From positions 2,108,001-2,172,000 of the forward strand of contig JBHGNT010000014.1 of NCBI GenBank assembly GCA_043228905.1: 64,000 bases of DNA. The letters are read 5' to 3'. Origin of the DNA: Azolla caroliniana. Taxonomy: Eukaryota > Plantae > Polypodiophyta. Under the pieces are notes generated by a model that worked only from the letters and a program-made list of their open reading frames with translations, ran no database searches and had not been told where the DNA came from. Positions 1-13,500 of this stretch are shown here, piece after piece (position 1 is the first letter of the stretch; each line of letters starts with the position of its first letter). Position numbers and translations under genes: made by a program.

Positions 1-353
1 TCACTCTCTCTCTCGGCTGCTCTCACTTCGCTCCCTCTAAGTGGAAAACAGAAAAATGAGCAACAACAACAAAACTGTTTGCCCTAAGTCATATTTATAC
101 ACATATGACTTTCGGGCTATTTACAAATATAGCCTCAAGGGCCCTTGGCAAACATATTCACAAATATGTCCCCGCATCCGGATCTCTCTCCGGGTACATT
201 CATCATCCGGCTCCGTAGCCGGGGTCTTCATCATCCGGATCCGGAATCGGGTCTTCATCATCCGGCTCCGGAACCGGGTCTTCATCATCCGGATCCTCAT
301 TCCCGATTCCCGGACATCTGACCATCCCATCCGGAGGGACCGTAATCCCAACA
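1..353 (-). mobile_element. Copia LTR fragment (5' end of LTR on minus strand)
   Basis: Ends ...ccatccggagggaccgtaatcccaaca (minus strand TGTTGGGA...). Shares the tttgccctaagtcatatttatac core and CCGG-rich tandem units with the LTRs at 3142-3867, 7876-8532 and 58567-59428. Confidence 0.8.
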
Positions 354-641
354 TATAACCATGTTCATCTCCCTTGATCCATTTCCATACATCCCTTAAC
401 ATGACTTCAATCTCAAAATCTCCCCATCCTTGAGCCTCTGGTCCATCCATAATAGAGTGGATGGATGTTGATTGCTCTATCTCACAACAAACATTAAAAT
501 CTCCTATCAATAAACCCGGTCTGCCATTATCAAGCACTGAGTTTAGAGATCTCCATAACAACTTTCGTTCTTGTGAAACATTTGATGCATACACACCAAC
601 TAACCAAAGAGCTTGCCCTTCATAACATATCTCTACCACAA
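354..641 (-). pseudogene. LINE ORF2 apurinic-like endonuclease fragment, clipped by LTRs on both sides
   Basis: Translation has VGVYASN...RKLLW...LIGDFN...LRDVW, the EEP-family motifs of L1-type endonucleases. Confidence 0.75.
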
Positions 642-1169
642 TGTTAGGAAACAGGTCCCTCTGGATGGGAAGTGAGAAGAACCGTGTTGATGAGCAACTC
701 GGAACCGGAAATCATGGAGATAGCCAACACGGAAGGCTAAGTTTGTAAATAGTCTAAACATGCCCCCGTGGGCTAAACTTGTAAACAGTTCAAAGGTTAC
801 ATTTGTATATAAGTACTTAGGGCAATCATGTTAGAGATGTGCATGATTGTAAAGTTACAGTTGACAAGGTTGTTGCCTCTATAACTGTGAGAGTGAACGA
901 GTGGGAGTGAAAGCGTGTGAGCTCCATAGCTGCCTGTTGGCGAAGCAGGATCTCGAGGTCGTTGCCTCTGAGATCTTTGATTGTATTCCTTTCTCTCTTA
1001 GTGTTCTGTTTCAGAGTTTGTGGACTCCAACGTGGTTTTTCCCAGTTCGGGTTTCCACGTTAAAATCTGTGTCATTCTTAGTTTTTATATTCTGTTTTTC
1101 CTTTCCATTAGATTGACTATTATTCCGCACATGTACAACCGGTTGTGGCCGGCTACGATCTTAACTTCA
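642..1169 (+). repeat. 5' LTR of copia A
   Basis: Starts tgttaggaaacaggtccct, ends cttca just before the PBS; TATA-like ctctataac inside. Confidence 0.8.
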
Positions 1170-1198
1170 AACTTGTATCAGAGCAAGCAACACAGAAA

Positions 1199-3141
1199 AT
1201 GGAAGGAGGCGGGAGTAGCTTCCCAGGTATGATGGTTCTAAATTCACAGAACTATGCAGACCGGAAGATTAAGATGGAAGAACTTCTCATTGTAAAAGAC
1301 CTGTACAAGCCAATCAACAGATCGGAAATACCAAAGGGGGTATTGGAGTCGGATTGGAAGCTTCTGAATAGGAAAGCTGTGGCCACTATCCGACAGTGTG
1401 TCGACGTAAGTGTCCTTCAGCACGTGGCAAACGACACGAATGCCCACGAGATGTGGCAGAAGCTGTCGGATCTCTATGAGAGGAAGAATGCGCTCAACAG
1501 AACCTCATTGATGAGGAAAATAGTAAACCTAAAATACAGAGACGGCGAGAGCATGGTTGAACAAGTAAGCACATTCATAAGGTATGTAAATCAACTTGTA
1601 GCGATCAAGTTCCCCTTGGATGATGCAATGCAGGCAATCATGTTGATGTGTACGTTGTCGGAAAGCTGGGAGAACTTGGTGGTTACTCTCAACACCTCCT
1701 GCCAAGAAGAGAACTTGTCTTTGCGGACGGTGAAGACAAACATCCTGAACGAGGAGGCGCGTCGGAAGGACAAGGAACCGATCCTTGACTCAAAAGCGCT
1801 CCTTTCCGAATCGGAATGTGGAAGACAAAGGAACCGAAGTCCCCAAAACCGGGAAAAATCGGGGACATGGTCAAAGTCAAGAGGGAGGCCTACTTGCTTC
1901 TACTGTGGGAAGCCGGGGCACTTCCAGAAGAACTGTCGGCATTTTCGGAAAGACAAGGAAATCGACAGTACCGATTCGAAGAAGTCATTGGAACGAAATG
2001 GTTCAGATCGGTGAGGGTAGGACCGGAAAGGAACGATGACAATCGCGGCAAACGAAGAGGAGCTAATGCTTATCACCGAGGAGAGTGAGTTGAACCTTGC
2101 CGGCGACGAGATGACCTGGGTGGTCGATTCCGGAGCATCGTTCCACCTGACCCTGGATAGAAAATACTTCTCATCCTACTCAGCCGGTGACCACGGCCGT
2201 GTTCGGATGGGGAATGAAGGTACATGCTGAATTGTCGGCATAGGAGATGTATGGTTGACGACATCAACCGGATGCAAGATGCTGCTGAAGGATGTTCGAC
2301 ATGTTCCGGAGGTTCGATTAAACCTAATATCAGTCGGTCGGCTAGATGATGAAGGCTATACGGGTAGCATCCGGAACGGTGTTATGAAGTTCAGCAAAGG
2401 GAGCTTGATTGTGGCTCAGGCCAAGAAAGTCAACACGTTGTACCTGATGAATGCCTGGTTATGTCCGAAGGAAGTGAACGTGGCATCCGACACTACCGGT
2501 GAGCTATGGCACAAGAGGCTGTGTCACATGAGTGAGAAGGGGATAAAGAGGCTTGCAGAAGACAACCTAATTCTAGTGAAGAACGTGCACTTGGAGAAGT
2601 GCATTGATTGTCTGGCCAATAAACAAAACCAGACCTCCTTCCGATCGAGACCACCAATGAGACGTAATGCACCACTAGAGTTGGTGCATACTGATGTGTG
2701 TCAAGTGGACACGAAGTCACATGCCGGATCACAGTACTTCGTGACGTTCATAGATGACCACAGTCGGAAGCTGTGGGCCACACCGTTGAAGATGAAGGAT
2801 CAAGTGTTATCCGTCTTCAAAGAGCTCCACGTGAGAGTGGAAAGAGAAACCGGCCGGAAGCTGAAGGTAGTTCGAGCAGATAACGGAGGAGAATACCGGG
2901 GGCAGTTCGAGGAGTATTGTTGCTCGAAGGGAATCCGGCTCAAATTTACCGTGCCAAAGACACCGGAACTAAACGGGCTGGCCGAGAGAATGAATCGGAC
3001 CATAATGGAGAGGGTCCGAAGTATGCTGGCGCATGCAAAATTACCCAAGACGTTTTGGGTTGAGGCACTATCAACGGCGACATATGTGATAAATAGATCA
3101 ACCTCAATACCCTTGGACGGAGACACACTACAGAGAGTCTG
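1199..3141 (+). pseudogene. Copia A gag-protease-integrase (in-frame stops)
   Basis: Zinc knuckle CFYCGKPGHFQKNC, DSGAS protease, LWHKRLCH and LELVHTDVC integrase motifs in ORFs 1145-2014, 2036-2230 and 2255-3238. Confidence 0.9.
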
Positions 3142-3410
3142 TGTCAGGAACTACACGCTCCCGATGAACAAAGCTCGGCCACAACCAAGCTTAGGATCAA
3201 ACAAAGAAAACGGGAATGAATGCACCACACAATGGTGAGAAGAGTACACATGATGTTTACATGGAAAACCCAAACACATGAAAAACCACGGCAGTCCACT
3301 GACTGCTAACTATCACTATGTAACAATATACAATAGATGAACATAGAGGCAACGACCTCTTGTTCACTGTCTTTGCCACAGGCGGCAGTTACAACAGAGG
3401 CAACGACCTC

Positions 3411-3461
<51 letters not shown>

Positions 3462-3867
3462 ACACAGTTACGCTCTCTAATCTTGCACCAACAAGAGTGA
3501 CAACCTCAACATATTCAGTTTGCCCTAAGTCATATTTATACTAATATGACTTTTCGGCTATTTACAAATATAGTCCCGATGGACTCTCAGAAACATATTT
3601 ACGAATATGTCCCTTCATCCGGTGAGCACTTCTCACCGGGTCTTCACCATCCGGCTCTTGCTGGGTACTCGTCATCCGGTTCTCTCCGGGTCGTCTGTAG
3701 CCGGGTACTCGTCATCTGGCGCTTGCCAGGTACACCATATCCGATCCTCACCGGGTCTTCCGTTGCCGGGTACTCCTCATCCACTTCTCACCGGGTCTTC
3801 TGTTTCTGGGTACTCCTCATCCGGTTCTCACCGGGTCTTCCCATCCGGAGGGACTTGTTTCCTAACA
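3142..3867 (-). repeat. 3' LTR of copia B
   Basis: TG..CA ends; near-identical to 7876-8532 apart from CT microsatellite length and 40-bp tandem unit number. Confidence 0.9.
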
Positions 3868-3938
3868 AACTCTCCCTTCACTCTGGCATGGGATTTCTTA
3901 CTAGTCCGATCCGCTTCCGGCATGCTTCCCATTGTCAT

Positions 3939-6900
3939 CTACTCTTTCCCGGATCTAGTGATACCTTCGCTGAATATGCTTCGTCCGGGAATGGTAGGCC
4001 GCGTTCTTAGCAAGGTGGATGGCACTTTGACTGTCGCAATCGAGCCGATATTCATCTTGCTGGATACCGAAAGCTCTACGATGAAGTCCTTCATCCATAG
4101 TATTTCCTTGTCGGCTTCCACAGCCGCCATGTACTCCGCCTCCGTGGTTGACAACACAACCATCTTCTGTAGCCTCGACTGCCACGAAACAGCTCCCCCT
4201 GCATATGTCATTACATACCCGGATGTAGACCGGTTGGTATCCACATCAGCCGACATGTCCGAATCGATAAAATCGTCAAGTTGAGGTTTTCCGGAGCCGA
4301 ATCAGAGACACATATTTGAAGTGCCCTTCAAGTACCGGAGTATCCATTTGACTGCGTTCTAGTGCTCCTTGCCGGGATTGGTCATAAACCGGCTCACCAC
4401 TACGACTGCGTATCCTATATCCGGTCGGGTACACACCATTGCGTACATCAAGCTCCCGACGGCAGAGGCATATGGAACCTTCATCATATCAGCCTTCTCT
4501 GCTTTCGTCTTCGGGCTTTGCTTACCGGATAACCTGCAGTTTGCCGGGAGTGTCGATCCGACCGGTTTCGCTTCTAACATGTTGAACCGCTGAAGCACCT
4601 TTGTCACGTACTTCTCATGTGACAGCCAGAATTGCTTCGTTGGCCGGTTCCGGATGATATGCATCCCCAACATCTGTCTTGCCGGACCCAAGTCTTTCAT
4701 TGAGAAGGTCCGGTTGAGAGCCTTCTTCAGCATCCGTATTTTGGCTTGGTCTCGTCCAACGATCAACATGTCATCCACGTACAGAAGGAGTATCAGGAAG
4801 TCTCCTCCTTCGAACTTCTTCACAAACACGCAGTGATCGGCCTGCGTCTTGTGGTACCCTTGATCGGTCATGAAGGAGTCGAACTTCCGGTACCACTGTC
4901 GGGGAGCCTACTTTAGTCCGTACAGGCTCTTCTTCAACCGGAAAACCAGGTGCTCCTTCCTTTTCTCCACGAATCCTTCCGGTTGCTGCATGTAGATCTC
5001 CTCTTCAAGGTCATGGTGAAGGAATGCCGTCTTCACGTCCAGCTGCTCTACCTCGAGGTCCATGCTTGCCGCTATACTCAACACCGTCCGGATGGAGGTC
5101 ATCTTTACTACTGGGGCAAATATCTCGTCGAAGTCCACGCCCTTCTTCTGCTAGAACCTCTTCACCACGATCCTGGCTTTGTATCTCGGGGGGTTTCCGA
5201 CATCTCTCGGTTTCAACTTGTACACCCACTTGTTTCGGAGTGCCCGCTTTCCTTTCGGCAACTCCACCAATTCGTACGTATGGTTCTCAAGCAGGGAATC
5301 CATCTCATCCTGCATGGCACTTAACCATTTGCGGCTATGGGTGTCATCCTTCGCTTCTTCAAAGCTTTCTGGCTCCCCGTCATCGGTTAGCAACACATGC
5401 TCTGCATCCGGAAATCTCCGGGGGGCCCTTCTCTCTCTGAGAGGATATCTTCGTCTTTGGGCTTCGGTAACCAGCTCCTCCATTTGCTCTTCATCCGAAT
5501 CCGATTCGGGGTCTTGGCTGGTTCCGGTTTCAGCTTCCTCTACTTCTTCTTTTGCGGGTTCGGTATCCTCACCGTAACCGGCTGGTTCCTGGAGTGCTAA
5601 CCGGTCTCTTGCCGGTTGGGTCTGCTCATCGTAAAATCGATCCTTACCAATCGACTCGGAGTTCATTATCTTCTTCTCCGACTCCTAGTCGGCGAGCGTC
5701 TTGTCCTCCATGAAGATAATATCTCGACTCCGGAATACCTTCTTGTCGACCAGGTCCCACACTCGGTAGCCGAACTCATCGTCGCTGTAACCGAGGAATA
5801 TGCATGGCCGGGTCTTCGGATCTAGTTTTCCTCTCTGGTCCTTAGCTACATGCACATACGCAAGACACCTGAATACCTTCAGATGCCGGTAGGACACTTC
5901 CTTACTGGTCCAGACTCTCTGTGGCGTGTCTCCGTCCAAGGGTACTGAGGGTGATTTGTTTATCACATACGTCGCCGTCGACAGTGGCTCAACCCAAAAC
6001 TTCTTGGGTAGTTTTTCATGCGCCAGCATACTCCGGACCCTCTCCATTATGGTCCGGTTCATCCTCTCGGCCAGCCCGTTTAGTTCTGGCGTCTTCGGCA
6101 CGGTAAATTCGAGCTGGATTCCCTTCGAGCGACAGTACTCCTCGAACTGCCCCTGGTATTCTCCTCCGTTATCTCCTCGAACCGCCTTCAGCTTCCAGCC
6201 GGTTTCTCTTTCCACTTTCGTGTGGAGCTCTTTGAAGACGGATAGCACCTGATCCTTCGTCTTCAACGGTGTGGCCCACAGCTTCCGGCTGTGGTCATCT
6301 ATGAACGTCATGAAGTACTGCGATCCTGCATGTGACTTCGTGTCCACTTGACACACATCAGTATGCACCAAGTCCAGTGGTGACGTCTCATATGTGGCCT
6401 TGGTCGGAAGGAGGTGCGGTTTTGCTTACCAGCCAGACAATCAGTGCACTTCTCCAAGTGCACGTTCTTCACTGGAATGAGGTTGTCGTCTGCAAGCCTC
6501 TTCATCCCCTTCTCGCTCATGTGACATAGCCTTTTGTGCCACAACTCACCGGCAGTGTCAGATGCCACATTCACTTCTTCCGGGCATAACCGGGCATTCA
6601 TCAGGTACAACGTGTTTACCTTCCGGGCTCGAGCCACAATCAGGTTCCCTTTGCTGAACTTCATAACACCGTTCCGGATGCTACCCGTGTAGGCTTCATC
6701 ATCTAGCCGACCGGCTGATATCAGGTTCAGGCGAACCTCCGGAACGTGTCAGACATCCTTCAACAACAGCTTGCATCCGGTTGGTGTTGTCAACCACATG
6801 TCTCCTATGCCGACAATTCGGCATGTACCTTCATTCCCCATCTGGACACAGCCGTGATCACCGGCTGAGTAGGATGAGAAGCATTTCCGGTCCCAGGTAA

Positions 6901-7845
6901 GGTGGAACGACGCTCCGGAGTCTACCACCCAGGTCATCTCATTGCCGGCAAGGTTTAGCTCACTCTCCTCAGTGATGAGCACCAACTCTTCTTCAATTTC
7001 CACGATTGCCGTCGTTCCCTTCCGGTCTGGCCCCCTTCGGTCTTTACCGTTCTGGTCTGGTGTCCGCTTTGAATTGGTACCGTCGGTTTCCTTGTCTTTT
7101 CGGAAATGCCGACAATTCTTTTGGAAGTGTCCCGGCTTCCCGCAATAGAAGCAAGTAGGCCTCCCCCTTGACATTGATCGTGTCCCCGACTTCTCCCAGT
7201 ACTGGGACTATGGTTCCTTTGTCTTCCGCGTTCCGATTCGGTATGGAGCGCTTTGGAGTCGGAGCTCGTATCCTTAACTTTCCGACACGCCTCCTCATCT
7301 AGCAAGCTCGACTTCACTCTTGCTAGGGATAACCATTTCCCTTCCAGCCCGGCGTTGCCCAAGGTGACAACCAACGTCTCCCAACTATCTGGGAGGGAAC
7401 CGAGCAAGAGTAGCGCTAGTACCTCGTCGGCGAGAGGTATTTCCAATGATATTGCCTAGTGGATCAGCCCCTGGAAGGCATTCATTTTCTCCGCCATGCT
7501 GGAGCCATCTTGGTACCGTAGTCTTACTAGCTTCCGAAATACCGAAACCTAATTAATAACATTTTTGTTTTGAAACATAATGCCGATCTTCTCCCAGAGG
7601 TCATGAGCCTTGCTCTCTTCATTGAAGTTGTTGTATAGACTCATGTCGATGAAGCACTGTATGTACGCCGTTGTCTTCATGTGCATCACCTCCCATATCG
7701 TGGCGTCAATTTTGTCCGGTCTCTTGTCCCCGAACTGAACCGGCAACCAGAGGTCTTTAACCACGAGCATGTCCCTCATCTTCGACTTCCACATCGAATA
7801 GTTCGAGCCGATGAGCTTGAACATGCCTCCTAACGATTCGTCCAT
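3939..7845 (-). pseudogene. Copia B gag-pol (frameshifts and stops)
   Basis: MDESLGGMFKL gag start, CCHC knuckle, DSGAS, HTDVC integrase, LYVDDML RT and STTEAEY RNase H motifs. Confidence 0.9.
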
Positions 7846-7875
7846 TTTTTGTGACGTTTCGCTCTGATACCACTT

Positions 7876-8532
7876 TGTCAGGAACTACGCGCTCCCGATG
7901 AACAACGCTCGGCCACAACCAAGCTTAGGATCAAACACAGAAAACGGGAATGAATGCACGACACAGTGGAGAGAAGAGTAAACAGGATGTTTACGTGGAA
8001 AACCCAAACACAGGAAAAACCATGGCAGTCCACTGATTGCTAACTATCACTATGTAACAATATACAATAGATGAACATAGAGGCAACGACCTTTTGTTCA
8101 TTGTCTTCGCCACAGGCGGCGGTTACAACAGAGGCAACGACCTCTTCCTCTCTCTCTCTCTCTTTGTACACAGTCACACTCTCTAATCTTGCACCAACAA
8201 GAATGACAACTTCAACATATTCAGTTTGCCCTAAGTCATATTTATACTAATATGACTTTTCGGCTATTTACAAATATAGTCCCAATGGACTCTCAGAAAC
8301 ATATTTACGAATATGTCCCTTCATCCGGTGAGCACTTCTCACCGGGTATTCACCATCCGGCTCTTGCCGGGTACTCGTCATCCGGCGCTTGCAGGTACAC
8401 CACATCCGGTTCTCACAGGGTCTTCCGTTGCAGGGTACTCCTCATCCAGTTCTCACCGGGTCTTCCGTTTCCGGGTACTCCTCTTCCAGTTCTCACCGGG
8501 TCTTCCCATCCGGAGGGACCTGTTTCCTAACA
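7876..8532 (-). repeat. 5' LTR of copia B
   Basis: Adjacent to the PBS; matches 3142-3867. Confidence 0.9.
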
Positions 8533-9478
8533 GTCTGGATCGGTAAGGAAGTGTCCTACCGGCATCTGAAGGTATTCGGGTGTCTTGGGTATGTGCATGT
8601 AGCTAAGGACCGGAGAGGAAAGTTAGATCCGAAGACCCGGCCATGCATATTCCTCGGTTACGGCGACGATGAGTTCGGCTACCGAGGGCAGGACCTGGTC
8701 GACCAGAAAGTATTCCAGAGTTGAGATATTATCTTCATGGAGGACAAGACGCTCGCCGACTGGGAGTCGGAGAAGAAGATAATGAACCCCGAGTCGATCG
8801 GTAAGGAAAAATTTCAATTTGATGAAATACAATTCCAACCCGCAAGAAGCCGGTTAGCACTCGATGAACCGGCCGGTGACGATGAGGAGACAAAACCGGC
8901 CGAAGAAGAAGGAATAGGTGAAACCGAAACCGGACAAGACCCCGAATCGGATTCGGATGAAGAGCAAATGGAGGAACCGATTATCGAAGCCCAAGGACGC
9001 AGATATCCTCTCAGAGAGAGGAGCCCCCCCGGAGATTTCCGAATCCAGAGCACGTGTTGCTAACCGATGAGGGGGGGCCAGAAAGCTTCGAGGAAGCTAA
9101 ACGTGACGCCTATAGCCACAAATGGTTAAGTTCCATGCAGGATGAGATGGATTCCCTGCATGAGAACCATACATACGAATTGGTGGAGTTGCCGAAAGGA
9201 AAGCGGGCACTCCGAAACAAGTGGGTGTACAAGTTGAAACCGGGAGATGCTAGCAAACCCCCGAGATACAAAGCCAGGATCGTGGTGAAGGGTTCCAACA
9301 GAAGAAGGGCGTGGACTTCGACGAGATATTTGCCCCGGTAGTAAAGATGACTTCCATCCGAACAGTGCTGAGGATAGCGGCAAGCATGGACCTCGAGGTA
9401 GAGCAGCTGGACGTGAAGACGACGTTCCTTCACCGTGACCTCGAAGAGGAGATCTACATGCAGCAACCGGAAGGATTC

Positions 9479-10575
9479 TTTGGTCTTAGTCGGTGAGTCC
9501 GGTCGAACCGTCCTTTGTTCTTTACCCTCGCCACCCATAGCTTCTCCACGACTCAATCCACGTCCTCCGGTCTTCGCTCCAGCTGCCAAATCCGTGCCAC
9601 TAACAACTCCTCCCGGCTCATCTCATCTTTCCAGTCCACTGTGGCCCATGAGGAGATTGTCTACTCCGTTGGCATGATCGGCTTCTGCCCGTACATTAGC
9701 TCTGTCAGCATGAACTCAGTTACCGAATTGTGCGTAGTTTGGTCTGCCCACAATGCATAGGGTAAGAGCCGCGGCCAGTTCCCAACTTGGCCTCCACATG
9801 CCCGTAGTAACGCTTTGACGATCAGCCCGTGTCCACGTTCCACCTTCTTGTTAGCCTCCGGATTGTACGCTGTGGTGAGCGAGAGTTTAATCCCTAGCCG
9901 GTCAAACAACTCTTCCGCCTCTTGCACGTCCAATTCTCCACGGTCGGCAACGATCTTACCTACACACCCGTACCGGCATACCACTTCTTCGATCAGAAAT
10001 CGGCACACGGCACACGGCCGCGGTCGTTTTGTTCTGCAACGCTCGGCCTTCCACCTGGTTCATCAGGTCCTCCCGAGCCAACACCAAATACCGCATCTGC
10101 CCTACCCCCATCGGCATCGTCACCAGATCCACCATCCACTTGAAGTGGACGGTCGGAGGGTAGGTCGAGTGAAGCTCGTCCCGATGTTGGACTATGGAGT
10201 GCACCTGACAGTTTTCACAAGTCGTCATGAACCGATGCACGTCCCGGTATAGTCCCGGCTACCAATACTTCCCCTTTAGCTTCCCGAATGTGGCCCATGT
10301 CCCGTGGTGTTCGGCCTAGGAACTCTCGTGGTATGCCGTTAGCAATTCTTCTTGTTCCTCTTTCTTCGCCACCACTTGGAGCGGGATGCCATTTCTCTTC
10401 TTCGAGTGCTTCCATATGCTCCTGTCCCGTAGGAAGAATCGGTCCGCTTTCTTCCGAATCCGGTTGATCTCTTCCTTCGTCCACGCCGCGTCTGGTGTCA
10501 TTGTCTTTAGGAACCCGCCGATCTGGAGCCACTCCCCGTCGTACTTGCTCTCATCGAATTCGTTAAGCGCCGTAG
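9479..10575 (-). mobile_element. Ty3/gypsy integrase fragment, same family as element D (29270-37143)
   Basis: YHES..GH and C..CQ zinc-binding region, RYGCVGKIVADRGEL and NPEANKKVERGH, near-identical to 30383-31261. Confidence 0.85.
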
Positions 10576-13500
10576 TGGATCAGAATTCATGTTTCCCACA
10601 TGGATGAGGGAAAAGCATAGTTGATTATCTAATAGGATGCCCTGAAGCTACCCACATGATTAACTCCTTCTGGGTGGCCCCATGCCCTATTGGCGCAGAC
10701 CATAGTTTCTTATACTTCGAGCTAAAATGTGATATTTCTAACGTCACCAACTCTAGTCAAACACGCCATCACACCACAATACATTTCACACATGAGCTCT
10801 CTGACATCTACTCTCGATATGTTCAGGGCCATCTCTCCTCCCTTGATCCCTCACTACCTTTAGAAAGCCTTAGTACAAAACTCACACATATCCTTCACTT
10901 CGTAGCAGTTAGCAGTTTCCCATATACAAAACACTCAAATCAAGGTAGATTAGGATCTATGCCACAAAATAAATGGTATGATGAGGATTTTAGTGACTTA
11001 CATAGACAACTAATAGTATTGCAACTCAGTGGTAGTATTACCTCAATACAAGCTCGCAAAGAAATGCGCAAGATGACACGTCGTAAGAGACGAGCGTGGG
11101 AGGCATCCCAATCTTGGGAACTCTACCATATGCTCATGAATAGCGATTGCGCCACCGCATGGAAGAGACTATGGGAGCCAAGACCACAAACACCCATCGA
11201 AGATGCCGAGACCTGGCACACATATACAGAGAGACTTTACCAAATCCCAAACCAACCACCCATTCCAATGCCTTCTACACCCCGACCTACCATGGGAACA
11301 CTTTTCACGACCTCTAGGGTCGCGAAGGTCATAAAGAAATTACCACATAGGAAGTCCATGGCCCACACAGGATTGCGAGCAGAACACATTATATATGCGA
11401 GAGAGTGCCTAGCTCCCTTGCTAACTCTAATCTTCCATAGTGCCCTCGCGGAGGGTTTTCCACCACAATGGACTATGAACACAGTGGTCCCCATACATAA
11501 AGGGGGGGAACCCATGGACCCAAATACATATAGGACTATTATGATAGGTCATACCCTTGCTAAATTATATGGTGCAGTAATGGAAGCAAAACTTCGCGAT
11601 TATATGGAGACTCTAAATCTTCGTGGACCTGAACAGGCTGGCTTTAGATGAACCTTCTCCACTATTGATCATATCTTCACGCGATGATTAATTGACCAAA
11701 CTAAGGCTTGCAAGAAGAAATTATATTGTTGTTTTGTGGACTTCTACAAAGCCTTTGACACAGTCCCTAGAGAGCGGTTGTTTGATAGGCTTAAAAGCTT
11801 GAGGAGATGACATGGTTTGGCAATCTATGCACTATATGAACAAGTGTTCGGGTGTGTCCGATGCCCAGGTGGCCTATCCAATTGTTTCACTAGCGCTATT
11901 GATGTAAAACAAGGTTGCCCCCTATCATCGACCCTTTTTGGGATCTGCATTGATGAGACGATAGATTTTATTGCTTGTAAGGGAGACAACGGAGTAATCC
12001 TTGGGGATACGCAGGTTCGTATCTTGCTCTATGCAGATGACATAGTTTTGGTCTTTGAATCCGAACATGACCTACAAAGGCACCTTAATGCCTTAGATGA
12101 CTTTTGTGCACAACGACGATTGGTAGTGAATCTAGGGAAAACTAAAGTCCTTATCTTCCACACATCAGCTCAAGTTAGAGCTAAGTGGCACCTAACTATC
12201 TCCCATAGCCCAGTTGAGGTGGTTGGATCATATGTCTATCTCGGAGTCACTTTCAGTGCCCGCTCAGGTAAATTTTTGATGACACAGGCAGCAAAGGACA
12301 TGCATCCCTCACACTCCTAGAGAGACAATGCCACCAAGCATACTTTCAAGAGCCACGAACTAAAGGGTGGCTCTTTGACTCATTAGTGACCCCCTCCCTC
12401 ATGTATGCATCAGTGGTTTGGGCTCCAGGATTACCATCTTTCATGTGGACGCAATTAGAGAGACCATTGGTGATGATGTTATCACGCCAACTCTGAAGCA
12501 AATCGGCAGTACCACATGTCATTATTAGGGCTGAGTTCACTTTACCCCCAATGTTAGTAGAAGCACTTTTTCAACTTGTAGTCTTTATTCACAAGATACA
12601 TAGACAACCACATGATAGAATATCTTATCAAGCCTTTAAGGCCTCTCGATCACTTTATGAGTCCGACTATACTAGCTCATGGTATGGCATGATGGTGAGT
12701 TGGCTTCTTGCGAATGGTCTAGACATTAATAACCTACCTCCCCTTATGTACAACCACACAATTGATAACATTTTAATCTCTCATGAGGACCGCAATAAAG
12801 TAATATGCCAAGAAATATGGCAAATTTACACTCGGTATAAATGGATCACCCCACTAGAGCCACTCCCATCTAAAATGTTGTATTATAAGGAACACTTCAT
12901 GCACTTCTCTATGTTAGGTTTTATCACACGGCCAAAATATCTAGATGTATTCTTACCACATGCACTAAGGGTTGTCATTGGACAACTTAGAATATCATCC
13001 CACCAACTTGAGATTGAGAGTGGTCGTACTAATGGAGTCCCTAGGGAGGAAAGGATATGTAGGTTATGCCGCATAGAGATAGATGATGAGTATCACTTTA
13101 CATGCAAGTGTCCAACCTACGCCGAGATAAGGGAAAAGTACCAAGACATACTTGGTTCCTCTCCCATGCTCCCCAAACTATTAGATACTCTAGATATAGA
13201 GAAATTAGGCAAATACATTCTAGAACTAAAACAACACAGAGAGAATAAGTTACAAAATGTTCACCAACATGTAACAAAAGAAGTTTTTTAGGAACAGGGG
13301 GAGACAACGAATGTCGACATAGCTGCACCACTCAGCCTTTCCCTTGATGAGGCAGAAAACCAAAGAAGAACCAGACGTCCTCGGGTGCTAGGTTTCAAAG
13401 CAACTCGACGTGGTGCAAAAGCAATAATGAAAATAAAGGACCGTGAGCTACACCGCCTAGAAACCATGGCTAGGACACTCACTACAATGGGACCACGGGT

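Larger units (their letters stand above)
3142..8532 (-). mobile_element. Full-length nested Ty1/copia element B with 5-bp TSD GTCTG
   Basis: LTRs at 7876-8532 and 3142-3867; PBS gctctgatacca (+ reading) at 7861-7872; PPT at about 3868-3883; GTCTG at 3137-3141 and 8533-8537; order gag-PR-INT-RT-RNaseH. Confidence 0.95.
642..9478 (+). mobile_element. Ty1/copia element A (host), interrupted by nested element B and truncated in RT
   Basis: 5' LTR TG..CA at 642-1169, degenerate Met-i PBS ttgtatcagagc at 1173-1184, then gag, protease WVVDSGASFH and integrase. Integrase resumes after the nested insert at 8538 (WIGKEVSYRHLK). RT start (YKARIVVKG, DVKTTFL) ends abruptly near 9478. Confidence 0.9.
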
